The translations under genes and the position numbers were made by a program. A stretch of DNA of 64,000 nucleotides from Octopus bimaculoides (Eukaryota): contig NC_068981.1 in assembly GCF_001194135.2 (NCBI RefSeq), positions 79,501,923 to 79,565,922 on the forward strand, read 5' to 3'. Below, piece by piece: positions 25,897 to 38,012 of the stretch (position 1 is its first letter; the number at the start of each line of letters is the position of its first letter). The notes beneath the pieces are model-generated. The model was not told where the DNA came from. It was given only the letters and a program-made list of their open reading frames with translations, and searched no databases.

Positions 25897-25926
<30 letters not shown>
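25842..25926. repeat. (GAA)n microsatellite
   Basis: Perfect trinucleotide run. Confidence 0.95.
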
Positions 25927-25927
<1 letters not shown>

Positions 25928-26419
25928 TGTTGCTACTTTTACATCACGCTATGCTCTCATTGAAGTGATCATGAAGGGAATGGACGGGGGTTTATAAACA
26001 ACAGCAGAAGTAAGGAAGGGCTGGTAGCTCGTAATGTAACCGCCACATTTGGGAGAGGGCGCCATTTTATGGTTTATATTTTTAGATTCATTTAAGATAA
26101 CGTATCTCAGAAATGAATGGCTGAATGGTAAGAAGTTTGTTTTCCAACCACATTGTTGCGGGTTCTGTTACACCGCGTGGCATCTTGGTTAAATGTTTTC
26201 TACTATAGTCCTAGGCCGACAGAAGCCTTGTGAGTGGAGCTGGTTGACAGAAAGTGTATTTTTTATACAATTCCTAATATCTAATTGCAAAAATACCGTG
26301 GGATTTTAAAAATATACATCAAATGGCAATGGAGGTTCAGTAGGGTAAGATAGGAATCAAATCATATGCAGAAAATGGTTGCGAACCACTGCTCTACAGT
26401 GTGAGTTATCTCACTAGAT

Positions 26420-27122
26420 ACGAGTGTGGAGGAGTCTCTTCGCAATCTGAACCGCACGCTTGCATCAACTGCTTCAAATCTCACTAATAGCGCCATTTAC
26501 ACAAGGCTATTGTTGACCGGAACAGTTTCATCCTCTAGCCTTCTTTAATTACATTTGGATACAGTCTTTACGAAACTCAAATGAGATATCTGTGTTCAAT
26601 TTAGTCTTTGACTTTTTTACATTTTGCATAATGTAATTTTCCCAAAATTCTTTGGCGGACTGATGTTCATCATTGTAGCTCTAATCAAGTTCATCAATGA
26701 TAATATAGCTTGAAAACGGAAATAGTTTCCTAATCCCATATGCTGTAGTGACGATCTTATGTTAGGTGGAATGAAAATGACTTCAGCATATGCGTGTGGT
26801 CGGAGTGAATCGAGATTCGAAGGATGATCTAGAGCGTTGTGCAAATGCAAGAGTGTCTTGGGCTCCAAATTTTCATTCTCACAATGACGTTTGACGACAA
26901 TGCAGAAATGTTCAATGAACGATTCAGTAAAGAAATCCTTTGTACCCGAGCTTTTCGGATAAATTTCCATATAACAGTCAGACTAGATTGCGAAATGTCT
27001 TTTATTGCTATAATGTATCCGAGTAATAAACAAGTAATAACTTTAGTCTCCGCTTTTGCTGCTTTATACTCTGATGTCTTTTCTCACTCCTTTGAGATAA
27101 AAGTTTTAGAAGATAAACATAT
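26420..27122 (-). mobile_element. Tigger/pogo (DDE_1, TIGD-like) transposase relic
   Basis: Decayed translation SKTFISK..YKAAK, FTESFIEHFCIVVKRHCENENLEPKTLLHLHNALDHPSNLDSL, VIFIPPNIRSSLQHM parallels the Tigger motifs LLLLDNAPGHP and FLPPNTTSLLQPMD. Confidence 0.85.
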
Positions 27123-27125
27123 AGG

Positions 27126-27543
27126 CGCAGGAGTGGCTGTGTGGTAAGTAGCTTGCTTACCAACCACATGGTCCCGAGTTCAGTCCCACTGCGTGGCACC
27201 TTGGGCAAGTGTCTTCTACTATAGCCTTGGGCCGACCAAAGCCTTGTGAGTAGATTTGGTAGACGAAAACTGAAAGAAGACCGTCGTGTATATGTATATG
27301 TATGTAAATATGTGTGTGTGTTTGTGTGTCTGTGTTTATCCCCCCTCTAACATCGCTTGACAACCGATGCTGGTGTGTTTACGTCCCCGTAACTTAGCGG
27401 TTCGGCAAAAGCGACCAATAGAATAAGTACTAGGCTTACAAAGAATAACTCCTGGGATCGATTTGCTCGACTAAAGGCGGTGCTCCAGCATGGCCGTAGT
27501 CAAATGACTGAAACGAGTAAAAGAGTAAAAGAATAAAAGAGTA
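27126..27543 (+). mobile_element. SINE family B, full length; partial copies at about 300-420, 1960-2112(-), 8210-8365(-), 9560-9800(-), 18715-18880, 26115-26255 and 46680-46830
   Basis: tRNA-like head GGAGTGGCTGTGTGGTAAG...GAGTTCAGTCCC, internal (TG)n, and tail GGTGCTCCAGCATGGCCGTAGTC...(GAGTAAAA)n. Confidence 0.85.
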
Positions 27544-28867
27544 TATCCAAATCGACTCGCATTCGGTTACATTAAAAACAAGATTGCTAGTTAATTAATT
27601 CGTTCTATAGTCTTCAGTTATGCTGGAAATTCAGCTACAGTATGGACATCAGCATTTAGTGATTTAACTTTTCAACTCAACCACGAAATGCAACAACCAT
27701 TTTAATGGTTCTCTTAGCTTCTTGTTTCAACCGATTAAATAAATTCAGTGTGATACCACCGTGCATATTGGTTTAGAAGCATTCCGTTCACATGAATTTT
27801 ACATGGCAGCTTTTTATTTTATCAGAGCAATGGTGTCTTTGGTTACACAGGCTCCTAACAGGCCAGTCAGTGGTTCACTGCATTTCTGAATGCGAGTGAC
27901 AAGGAGTGTGTGAATTGATAGTGAACAAAATGTAATTTATGGGATTTCGTTTGTAATAAACCGATGTTTCAGGCTTTCCTGCCAAAGATTTTATTGTAAA
28001 GACACACACACACACACGTGCGCTTGGTTCATGGCATTGCTTTTATGAGAGAACATGGGAGGTGGTCACCGTCACCCTTTAGCAAACTCACGACGAATGG
28101 ACGACTGGGATTCCTTCAATCGCATTCAATTGTGAGGAGAGATAATCTATTTCTTGTTCACTTACTTCGTAGCAATAATAACAATTCAGATGTAGATTTA
28201 CATTGAGTACATTCCTTATTTATTTTTAACGGAATAAAGGAATAAAAATATCCTAAAGTTCCAATCACAAATATATTTTTATATGATTCTCAGCCAACAG
28301 AACTAGCGACACTGAGTTCGATGTAGTTTTAAAATAGTAAAATTGTTAAATGCGTCAGCACAATCGCCTAAAGCGTTCAGATTCCTAAGACTAATGAACT
28401 TTCCATATTCAATATGGAGACGAATAGGGTTTTTTCCAAATTTAAGAGTAGCTAATCATACAAGTCTCACTATTACATAGAGTTGCCCTCTGTTAGTTGA
28501 GTTTATTCTTATATTTGAGAGCTACAACGAACTAAGAAAGAGAAATGGCTTAAAACAAAAATCTTCATTGAAGATTAGAAAACTGAAAGCATACATTTTG
28601 ATTAATATTCATGTTTAGATCGAAAAAATAAGAAATGTACAATTTTGAAGCGAAGCCTAAAATTATTCGTGGAAACATTTAAAAATAGATGCAAATATGT
28701 TTTGTTTTTTAAACTTCCATATAATTAGAGTGATTTCATTTCAGTTAATGTTTAAACAAATTTGTATTATAAAACTTCGTAAACCTATTAATAATTGTTT
28801 TAATGTATATTTTTAATGTTTTATACATGTATATATAATTGTTTTTCATGTCATAAAACTTCTTTAC

Positions 28868-28913
<46 letters not shown>

Positions 28914-31900
28914 ATGCATCACATGTATAATTGCTCCTCGTTTGTTATAAAACTTCTCAAAAGTATATGTCAGATTATTCTGAGAAACAAGTTTGGATAT
29001 CATAATAGTGATTGACTAGAATTATAAAGTACGCTGGTTTTATGGTAAGAAATGTATTGATTTGCCCTAAATGTTATGGAGCCTAATCATACCTTAACTA
29101 TACGTAATCACTCAACTTGCTGAAAGCAGTAGCCAAAATCTTTAACTCACATTTGGGAAAGAGCCATATGTATCCAGAATACTGTTGTCCTGCGTAAATG
29201 TTTTCGATTATACGCCTGGCCTGAAGCTAAACTGCATGTGCCTTCAATAAACAGTTTACAGCTCAGCCCTTTCACTGATTTCAAGTATTCATACTTAGTT
29301 CAAATTCCTGCAGCGTTAAGCAGATGAAAGATATATCTCTCATTCTTCAACAGGAAGCTTGTCTATCGCAAATAACTTTTCCTATAGCAACTACTCCTCT
29401 TATCTAGGTTACTTCAGACAGTATAATATCAACTGAAACTTAATATTACAATATGACATTAAATAAATACCAATGGATTCCGTCAGGAATTTTGTAAGGT
29501 GGAATAAGACTGCTTTCGAGCCCCGGGACAACCTCCTCTCAAAATCTAAGGGAACAGTGAGGTTTTGTGCGTGTGAGTATGGCGGGGTCTCGTTTTTGCG
29601 CCAAGGAGCGCTTCATTAGATACGAGCACAGGCACCTCCTTGGCTTTCGGGCACCAGAACGATAATCTGGCTGAATCCGGCAGGCAGTCCAACACTTTAA
29701 CAAGTATTGTCTAATATTTTAGACAAACTAACCAGATGTATTAATGAAACTGCGACATCTAACATAACCATATTTTGTTTCGGCTCATCATATGATCAAT
29801 TTTTCCTATACAAGTACTGTATAACTGATGTTATATGTTACTAAATTAAACTTTGCTGGTATGAGTTTAGAGGATGTTTTTGATTTGACATTCCAAATCT
29901 AATTTTTAAAAAAATTATGTAGTTGTAATTTTTCATGCTAATTACAACTATTATAACTAATTTTTTTTGTGTGTGTGGAATGAAACATAAAAAAATAAAG
30001 AAGTTATTAGCCCTTAATGACTGAAATTTGGGGGGAATTTCAGCCCATCAACCAATAATATGCGGCCATTTTCGACATGCCTGCATTTATACGCTAAATT
30101 AAAAAGATCCAAGTGTCTTAGTCATAGACACAACGCCTCACCGATGCAAAACATATGAAGTATAACTTCTGTACAACATGTAATCGACTAGATCAGATGT
30201 AACTTACCATTTGCACATATTTTTTCATGCAACAAAACTTCACCGAATGTTATTAACACCATTTAATTCACCGTCGGTAAGTGATGGAAATTGACAAAAC
30301 AGGCAGGACGTTGGAGGAAAATGTGACAAATAAAGACATATTACATAAAATAAGGTGGCAGAGTCGCTAGAGATTTTGCTCCCAGTCTCTACGCTGTCAT
30401 TTTAAATCTCGTGGAGGTCAACTTTGCTTTTCACCCTTTCGGAGTCGATAAAAATACAAACCCAGGGCGGTGGATTGCCGGAACTGTTAGAGGATCGGGT
30501 GAGATGTTATACGATATCCACTTCGGCTCTGATAGCAACGCCTGCGACAACATTAATGTTAAGACTACATGGGATCAAGCCGGCGGCTTTTCTTCTGGAT
30601 AAACATCGGAGGTGTAGAAAAGAGATACTCGCATGCATGGATAATTGCTAGTCTTCTACAAAAAATCTTGCCTTGGCCTAGACATACATGTGCAGATGTG
30701 TGATAAACATTGGACGACGGAGGGCTTGCATTAAACAATAGAAATAGAAATAAAAGAACGGGTGGAAGAAAGCGGGAGAAAGAGGTGTGAAAAGAAAGAA
30801 CGAAAGTATCTTAAGAAAACAGATGACGAAAAGAAACATTAGTGAGTAAAAGTATGGAGAATAAAAAAAAAGCGGGGGGGGGGGAGAGGTAGTAAGCAAT
30901 GAAACTAAGAAGAAAAGTGAGGTAAGATAGATGTGGAAAAAAAACCCCACAGAAGCCAAGACGACAAATGCAATTGAACTTGATGGGAAAATGCATTATT
31001 CTGCAAAGGATGTAAAAGAAAAAATTAAGTGCAGTATGTTCTCACTTTTTTATTTTCTCTATATCAACTGACAGTTATGACATAACTGTGACAGTAGAAG
31101 GTCAGAGTGACAAATGCATTTTAGTCGTTTCGACTGCAGAAATTAACATTTGCATTAGCTAATAAATATTTATGTTTCACGCTGGATGTAAAATTGACAC
31201 CTCTCTTACTAAGAGCCATTTAGCTGTCACGACAATATTGTCCTCTTCAGTAAACTTCTTGGCAGGGTACACCTTTTGCCTGGTTTACCATCATAAATAC
31301 ACATCTTTGAACGAGTGGCAATGGAAACAAAGTAGTATTTCTTATAAATCCATGACGATTTTTATCAACGTTTTCAGAGTGAAGATAGTTGAAGCGACGG
31401 CCGAAGTGTCTTTTATTTCATGACACTTAGAGCAAACTGCATTGACAAATAGTTCGTGTTAATGCTTTGTGTGTTTGTGCAATTATGGATAGAGAGAAAT
31501 AAATTAAGACAAACTCATTACAAAATAATTTCCCGTTGATACCTATAGGACGTCCAAAAAAAAAAAAAAACGAGAAGTGTTCCTAAATTTTGGGTATTCA
31601 TTTTTATAAACATCATTTGGTGTGGAAGGCATCATATTTTATAAACTCGGTATTTTTGGGACTATGATCATGAGATTGCACGTAGAAAGTTACTCTCCGA
31701 GGCACAAGTCCGGACAAAGTTGTTTATGGAAGACCAGCAGTCGCCCATACAGACCAGCTTCACTCCACGCTACCAAGAGAAAAGCAAACACCAAGGGAAA
31801 GGCAAACTCCAATACAGCTTTTACCAGTGACGTCGCAACTCATTTCTACAGCTGAGTGAACTGGAGTAACTTGAAATAAAGTGTCTTGCTCAAGAACTCA

Positions 31901-34485
31901 ACACACAGCTCGGTCTATGAATCGAACTCACTACCTCATGATTGTGAGTCCGACGCCCTAACAACTGAACCATGCGATTATGAGCAGAGGGGAAAATAAA
32001 TCGCAGTACTGACAAGAAGCCGTCCAGTAGAATACATATTTAATAATCTATGGTTTTATAGTGTTATCTAATATATCTAATATCGTACATTAATCAAAAT
32101 GTTAGTTGTAAAACTACTTCTGAAGAAAATCCAGAAGATGAAACCGATCAAATCATATGAGGTCAAAAATCAAATATCAAAGGCCAATTTTAATTGACGT
32201 TGAAAAACAAGCTCGAACAATGAGAAACGTTTAGAGAGAGAGAGTGGTTAGTGGGGCAGACGATAATAAGAGAAACTGAAAGGAAAATTAAATGCCAGGA
32301 AGGACATGGGAGCTGACCGATGCGAGGAAGATGAAGCAGCAGAGAGATCTAGTATGAGTGCACGAGGCATGTACATGTGTCCCAGTCTTGCCTTGTGTTT
32401 ATCAGAATATAACTTTGTCCGGTTATAATGTTAAAACTATAACTTAGCGGGTCGATAAATAGTTTCGAAAAAATGATCGACTAATATGTGAAGATGGTAT
32501 GCCCATAGGCGAAATTTAACATTTGAGATGCTTTGCTCCGAGTATTAATTGCCGGAGCTACTCAAAGGTATTGCAAACTATTCTTCTGAATCGATGGCAA
32601 TATTGAAAATCCTTCTGTATCATCAGCAGGTATCGCAGAGTCAAAAGCGTTTCACCCCTAAGCTTGTATGCTTCACCTGAGTCTTTACCTGCATAAGGGT
32701 TCCGCCTTCGGTTTCTTGAGTCACCTAAAATTAAATGGACTCCAGATTTCACTAATATTATACTTTGTGCATTGACCAATGGTTCACGAGCGCTATGCTA
32801 CTGATTAAAAAAAATATAACTGTAGGTTTTATAAAATTTATAATATTGCTTGAGCATCTTAAAAAACGTGTTATTTATAACATATCTTTACACATACGAA
32901 TGATTAATAAAATAGAGTAAACAATAATTTTCTTTATTTTTTTTCTTTCAAAAACTTTCCATTTTAAAATGTGCTTTGTTTTTAAACTTTCCGTACGAGG
33001 TGGGACTGTAATTGTTTATTTCCCATACGAAGTACGCCAGTAAGTTTTCACTTCATTTCGCTCTCCAGTGCGCTACGAAATCTATCAGATTCAGAACGTT
33101 TGTCATAAACCCCCAAATAATTCTTTCTAATTTTCCCTCTTTCCTTTCTTTTTTTTTTTTTTTTTTTTTTGTACAGGTTAGAGTTTTTGAGGAGAGAAGT
33201 AAGTCGATTACATCGACCCGAGTACTCAACTGATACTTATTTGATTGACTCCAGAAAGGATAAAAGGCAAAGACGACCTAGACAGCATTTGAACTCTGAA
33301 TGTAAGCAATTTTTGTTCAGCGTAGTAACGATTCTGCCAGCTCGGTGCCTTAGACCACAGGATGATGAAAGTTTCGAATACCATAAAGGAAACGGGTGTC
33401 ATTAAATAGAGATGCTCTACCGATTCCATCACCTATTGCTTTTTGTATCAGAATTAGTATTAAAGATACTTAAGAAAGACACATTAACCTTCTGTCTACC
33501 AGTGGGTCCATTTCAGTTTTTTCAGTTGCTTTTTCCTACTGTTTATATTATTTGATTCTGCTGATTCTCGTGGCTCTTATTTTATCTTGACTCTCTTTTA
33601 TTTGGCAAATGAAAAATTTTCCGTATGTTTATAAAAGCTAAAAACTTTCACTTAATACATTAATTACCGTATGGGTCCATTGGACCCTCGAATTAAATTC
33701 AGACAATACTCTTGTCATTCTAAACAGAATAAAAGCAGTATCAAATATTATTTTCCCAGGTATTTATTAGATATTAAATAGATAAAATTGTATTCAATTT
33801 ATTTGCTAAATTTTAGATAAAATAAGAAAAATTATGAAAATATTCCTGTAAATTTGTGTGGCATTGCATCATCTTCAATCTGCTAGTTTATAGGGTGATG
33901 CAATATTTCTGAGATGACGCAATTCTTACAATATATTGCTTCATCTTTCAGGAGAGTATGTGAGAGAGCAATATCTGCCTTTAGTCTGCTATCAAGTTTC
34001 ATAGACTTCAGTTGTGCTTTCCAATATGCTTTTCAATCGGAATTGATATGAGAGCAGAGCAAGCTCAACAAACTGCTCTACTGGAGACAGCTAGGATATT
34101 GAGTTTGGTACTTGGTTGTTGAATGTCTCTCACGATAATTAACAACCAAGTATCAAAGCTTATAATGTGCAGAAAGAGACCCTGTGAGACCTCTGACAGC
34201 AGGCTGCTGTCCGCTCTCACAGAATCTACCAGAGCAAACAAGACCGAACATTCTGAGAAAAAACAACAACAACAACAGTAATAATAATATTAATCCTTTC
34301 TACTATAGGAACAAGGCCTGAAATTTTGGGGGAGGGGCTAGTCTATTATATCGATCTCAGTGCGTAACTGGTACTTATTTCATCCTTTCGGGGTCGATGA
34401 AATAAGTACCAGTTGCGCACTGGGATCGATATAATCAAAATTTCAGGCCCTGTGCCTATAGTAGAAAGGATTATTATTTAAAAAA

Positions 34486-35040
34486 TGCCCTAATGCAATA
34501 CCAGGTACTGGCTCTCATGGCTTCTGATCTTTACTGATTGGAAGTGTTATCATGTACATGTTTTGTCTTTGTGTAAAAGATGGGCTACAGCAAATATTCT
34601 ACTCAATACCGAAGATTTGCATGTCAGTAGTTTGACTTTAACCAGTTGAGCATGTCCCTGAGTGGCTGACGATATGTACATCTCTGATCATGAGCAGAAG
34701 TAGTAGGGGTGCATCATAGCCATGTGTTGAGGGGAATTTGGGTGAGGGGTTGAATAATTCACCTCTGGAAACATATGTTTCGTTCAACATCCTTAAACAA
34801 CCCTTATTCAGGGACCTTTTAAGCGGGATGGGCTACTCGACCTGAAGAAAATTCTAACTGGTCCCCACCTGCAAGGTCATGCGCTGTTTATCTTGATATG
34901 AGATCACCATGTCGTGTATATGTGGCTCTGATGCATGTTCCTGGTGTACCCTTATGAGACGGATAGCCATGATGAGTGTATTGGGCTTCGTATATTTGCA
35001 TCCCAGTGTTACTTGATGGTATGTACTGCTCTCTCACTCA
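34486..35040. repeat. 555-bp dispersed repeat with TG...CA termini (solo-LTR-like)
   Basis: GC-richer block starting TGCCC and ending ACTCA, between A-rich and (GAT)n sequence. I recall it as a common Octopus repeat. No TSD resolved. Confidence 0.45.
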
Positions 35041-35120
35041 ATGATGATGATGACGACGACGATGACGACGACGACGATGACGATGACGATGATAATGATG
35101 ATGATGAGGAGGAGGAGGAT
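35041..35120. repeat. (GAT/GAC/GAG)n compound microsatellite
   Basis: Directly visible. Confidence 0.9.
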
Positions 35121-35799
35121 AGCGATTTTTTTTCTTTATTTAACACGAGGAAAACTGATGCAGGAAACAAGAGTTATAGCAATAATCTCAAGGGTTAATA
35201 AAATCAAGAAACATCTTGAGTAATAAATTTCACATAGGTTCATAAAGAAAACTAAAGTAATTTATATCGCATGTTAATAGAGCAAGCAGCTTGAGGCAGT
35301 TTTGATGGCACGAAAGTTTTTCTCTGAGTTACAACAAACAACGAACAGGTTTACAAATAAGTGCACGGTGGGTAGGCGATAGAAGGACAAGGGGAGAGTG
35401 AAAAAGTGTAATAAAATACACAATAATTAAAACAAACAAAGCTGGGTTAAGACCTATAGAAGCCCTAAGCACTTAAAAGATTTTGATGGCTCCATATATA
35501 TGTAATTCAAAATATAAACAACAATAAACCATAAAATAAATCTTTATTTTCAAAATGAAACAGAACCAACAGTAAGACGGAGAATAATGTTTATTTTTGT
35601 ATACTTCCACTTTATTTATGTTTGAAAAGTTTTCTCCTGATTTTTTTTTAATTGTAAAGAGTTTGATCAGATCCTCTCTATGACACCATGGAGAATTGGA
35701 AATTATATTTCCGATTATAATAAACCACTTAGGGTATTATTTTAGCAAAAGGTAAGTCTTTACAGAAATTCTTGCTACTTTCCTACCGGCATACGTCCC

Positions 35800-36400
35800 T
35801 CTACTACAGGGCTGCAGTACCATCGAAGCGGAGGTTGCGATTGAGACGACACCAGCGCACGTTGGCTTGAAATGCGTAATGTTATAAAAGCGTATGGCGG
35901 GCAAAATGGACGATGACACTGCAATGAGAATATTTAAACAGTTTTTTAAGTAGTTTTGGCTGTAAGGGGAGCTAGTACCACGTGAATCTTGGATAATTGC
36001 ATGAAATAATGTTCGGGTTTTAGACAGACTTTTCCTTATACCCGTGTATAAAGGGCAAGCAGGTTTTATATGTCTGGTGACCATGGCGAAGAAGTTGTAT
36101 GGTGGACGAGATTGAAAGGGCTAAAGACAAACACTTTCGTCTTTGGCCAATCCCTCAACAATTACTTCGAGTTTCACTTGAAAAGGAAAATAAAGGTGGA
36201 GAGAAAAATGCCGCCGTCAAGCCATTTTGTTGAAAGGTGGATGAGAGTGGCGAGCATGGTGCGAGTGAACGGACCTGCCCTGAGATACGCCTCAGAAGTT
36301 AAGGCAGCCGTGATTTTATGGGTTTTTTCTTTTTTTTCACTGACTCCAACTCCCACGTGCTGTTGAAGCTGGCCATCGCGTTTTGCATTCTGATTCACTC
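35800..36400 (+). mobile_element. L1/Tx1-like LINE ORF2 3' relic
   Basis: EEVVWWTRLKGLKTNTFVFGQSLNNYFEFHLKRKIKVERK...RWMRVASMVRVNG, homologous to the 17645-17790 fragment. Confidence 0.6.
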
Positions 36401-36473
36401 GTTTAACATAAATGGCTGCCCGCCAGTTTTCTGTGATAACTCTTTCTTGAATGCTTGCTTCTTGATGGAATAC

Positions 36474-36589
36474 ATCGTCGTCGTCGTCGTCGTCGTCGTC
36501 GTCATCGTCATCGTCATCGTCGTCATCATCATCATCATCATCATCATCATCACCATCACCACCACCACCACCACCACCATCACCATCAC

Positions 36590-36624
<35 letters not shown>
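36474..36624. repeat. (CGT/CAT/CAC)n compound microsatellite
   Basis: Directly visible. Confidence 0.9.
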
Positions 36625-37491
36625 ATGACCTTTTTTTTTCTCAGATGATAATTAATCTTAGCAATCTGCTTAATAAAATCAAGCAGGATAAAATTTCTTA
36701 AAAGTAATAAATTTCATAGTTGTCCATAAAGGAAACAAAACTAGCTTATATTGTGCATGTTAGTAAAGCAACTAGCTTGAGGCATTTTGATTTAAACGAA
36801 AACTTTCCTTGCAATGCTAAGAATTTGGAGTTATTATAACTGACTTGTGTGACACTCTTGTAATTGGGATAACAGCTGTGTGTGACAGGTGTTTGAGAAT
36901 TGTATCTCGGCACAGTAAACTGTGAAATTAAACGTTTATTTGCAGTTAATAGGCACTTCAACCTTGTAGTTGTATATATTAGTTTTCTTAGTTGTCATAA
37001 TAACAGAACGGAAAATAGTTAGTGTTATGGAGAGAAAAACAACAGAGCTGCAAACATTTCAACGACTAGACTATTGAAACTTCTCAATTGCATTTCATTT
37101 ATTGTCTATTTTTTTTACCTTTTATCTTTTACTTGTGCTTCTCTGAAACTGCCTAGGATTGAGTTACTTGACAGGGAAAGCCAAGAAAATGCGCTTCGTT
37201 AAAAAACATAGCATTAAATTAAAGACGGTTTCTTACACAGTTAGGCACAAAATTATAAATCTGTATGAAGAAGCAATCGATTTTATTGATCCTAGTACTT
37301 GACTGGTACTTTATTTTATCGATTCTTGAAGGACGAAAGGCAAATTTGCTAAATAAAATTAAATTTTATTCAACGCATAGATACTGAACAGTATAGATAT
37401 AAAGGATAAAATCCATTTTTCTTTTTAAAAGCAGAAAAATTTGTCGGCAGCCAGCCAAGAAAAAAGGATTTTATCCTTTATATCTATACTG

Positions 37492-38012
37492 GGATCTATT
37501 TTAAAACGGGGGCCACATTTTTCATTAATGTTTTACGTAGTGTTTTTGGTACGGAAAGACTTTCAAACTTCGTATACTTATCTATTTTGTGTTATAGAAC
37601 AGAAAAATATTTTTGTATTCGAATTTATTTCATNNNNNNNNNNTTTGGCTGATTAAGCGATGTAAAGCGTATTTAATCTCCATACCTTCGTTTTATTTGC
37701 TTTTTTCATTTTAAATTTGCTTTAACCCTAACCCTAACCCTAACCCTAGGGTTAAGGTTAGGGTTAGGGTTAATTGTTTCAGAATCGTTTGTTTATGTAG
37801 TCGGCACTTAATGTATGTCGGCTGAATGGACGTCAGTGATTGGTTGAAATTACAGAAATACGACAACTTTAACATGGAATAACTTATGGATTTCTTTTTT
37901 TTTTTAAGAAGACGAAGAGAAAAATATGTTTTATATGACACATTCTACCAGTGTTCCAAGTTTCAAAGTGTTTCGTTAATGAAAAATGTGGCCCCCGTTT
38001 TAAAAAATATCC
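37492..38012. mobile_element. MITE copy 1 (GG-terminal TIRs, 8-bp TSD) with central telomeric-repeat palindrome
   Basis: TIR of about 35 bp starting GGATCTATTTTAAAACGGGGGCCACATTTTTCATTAA. TSD CTATACTG/CTATAGTG (7/8). (CCCTAA)n(TTAGGG)n at 37722-37773. Confidence 0.9.

Noticed and set aside
25764-36701. Poly-E, poly-D, poly-I/M/T ORFs (25764, 34935, 36318, 36395) and poly-HT/CV ORFs elsewhere
   Set aside because: Translations of microsatellites.
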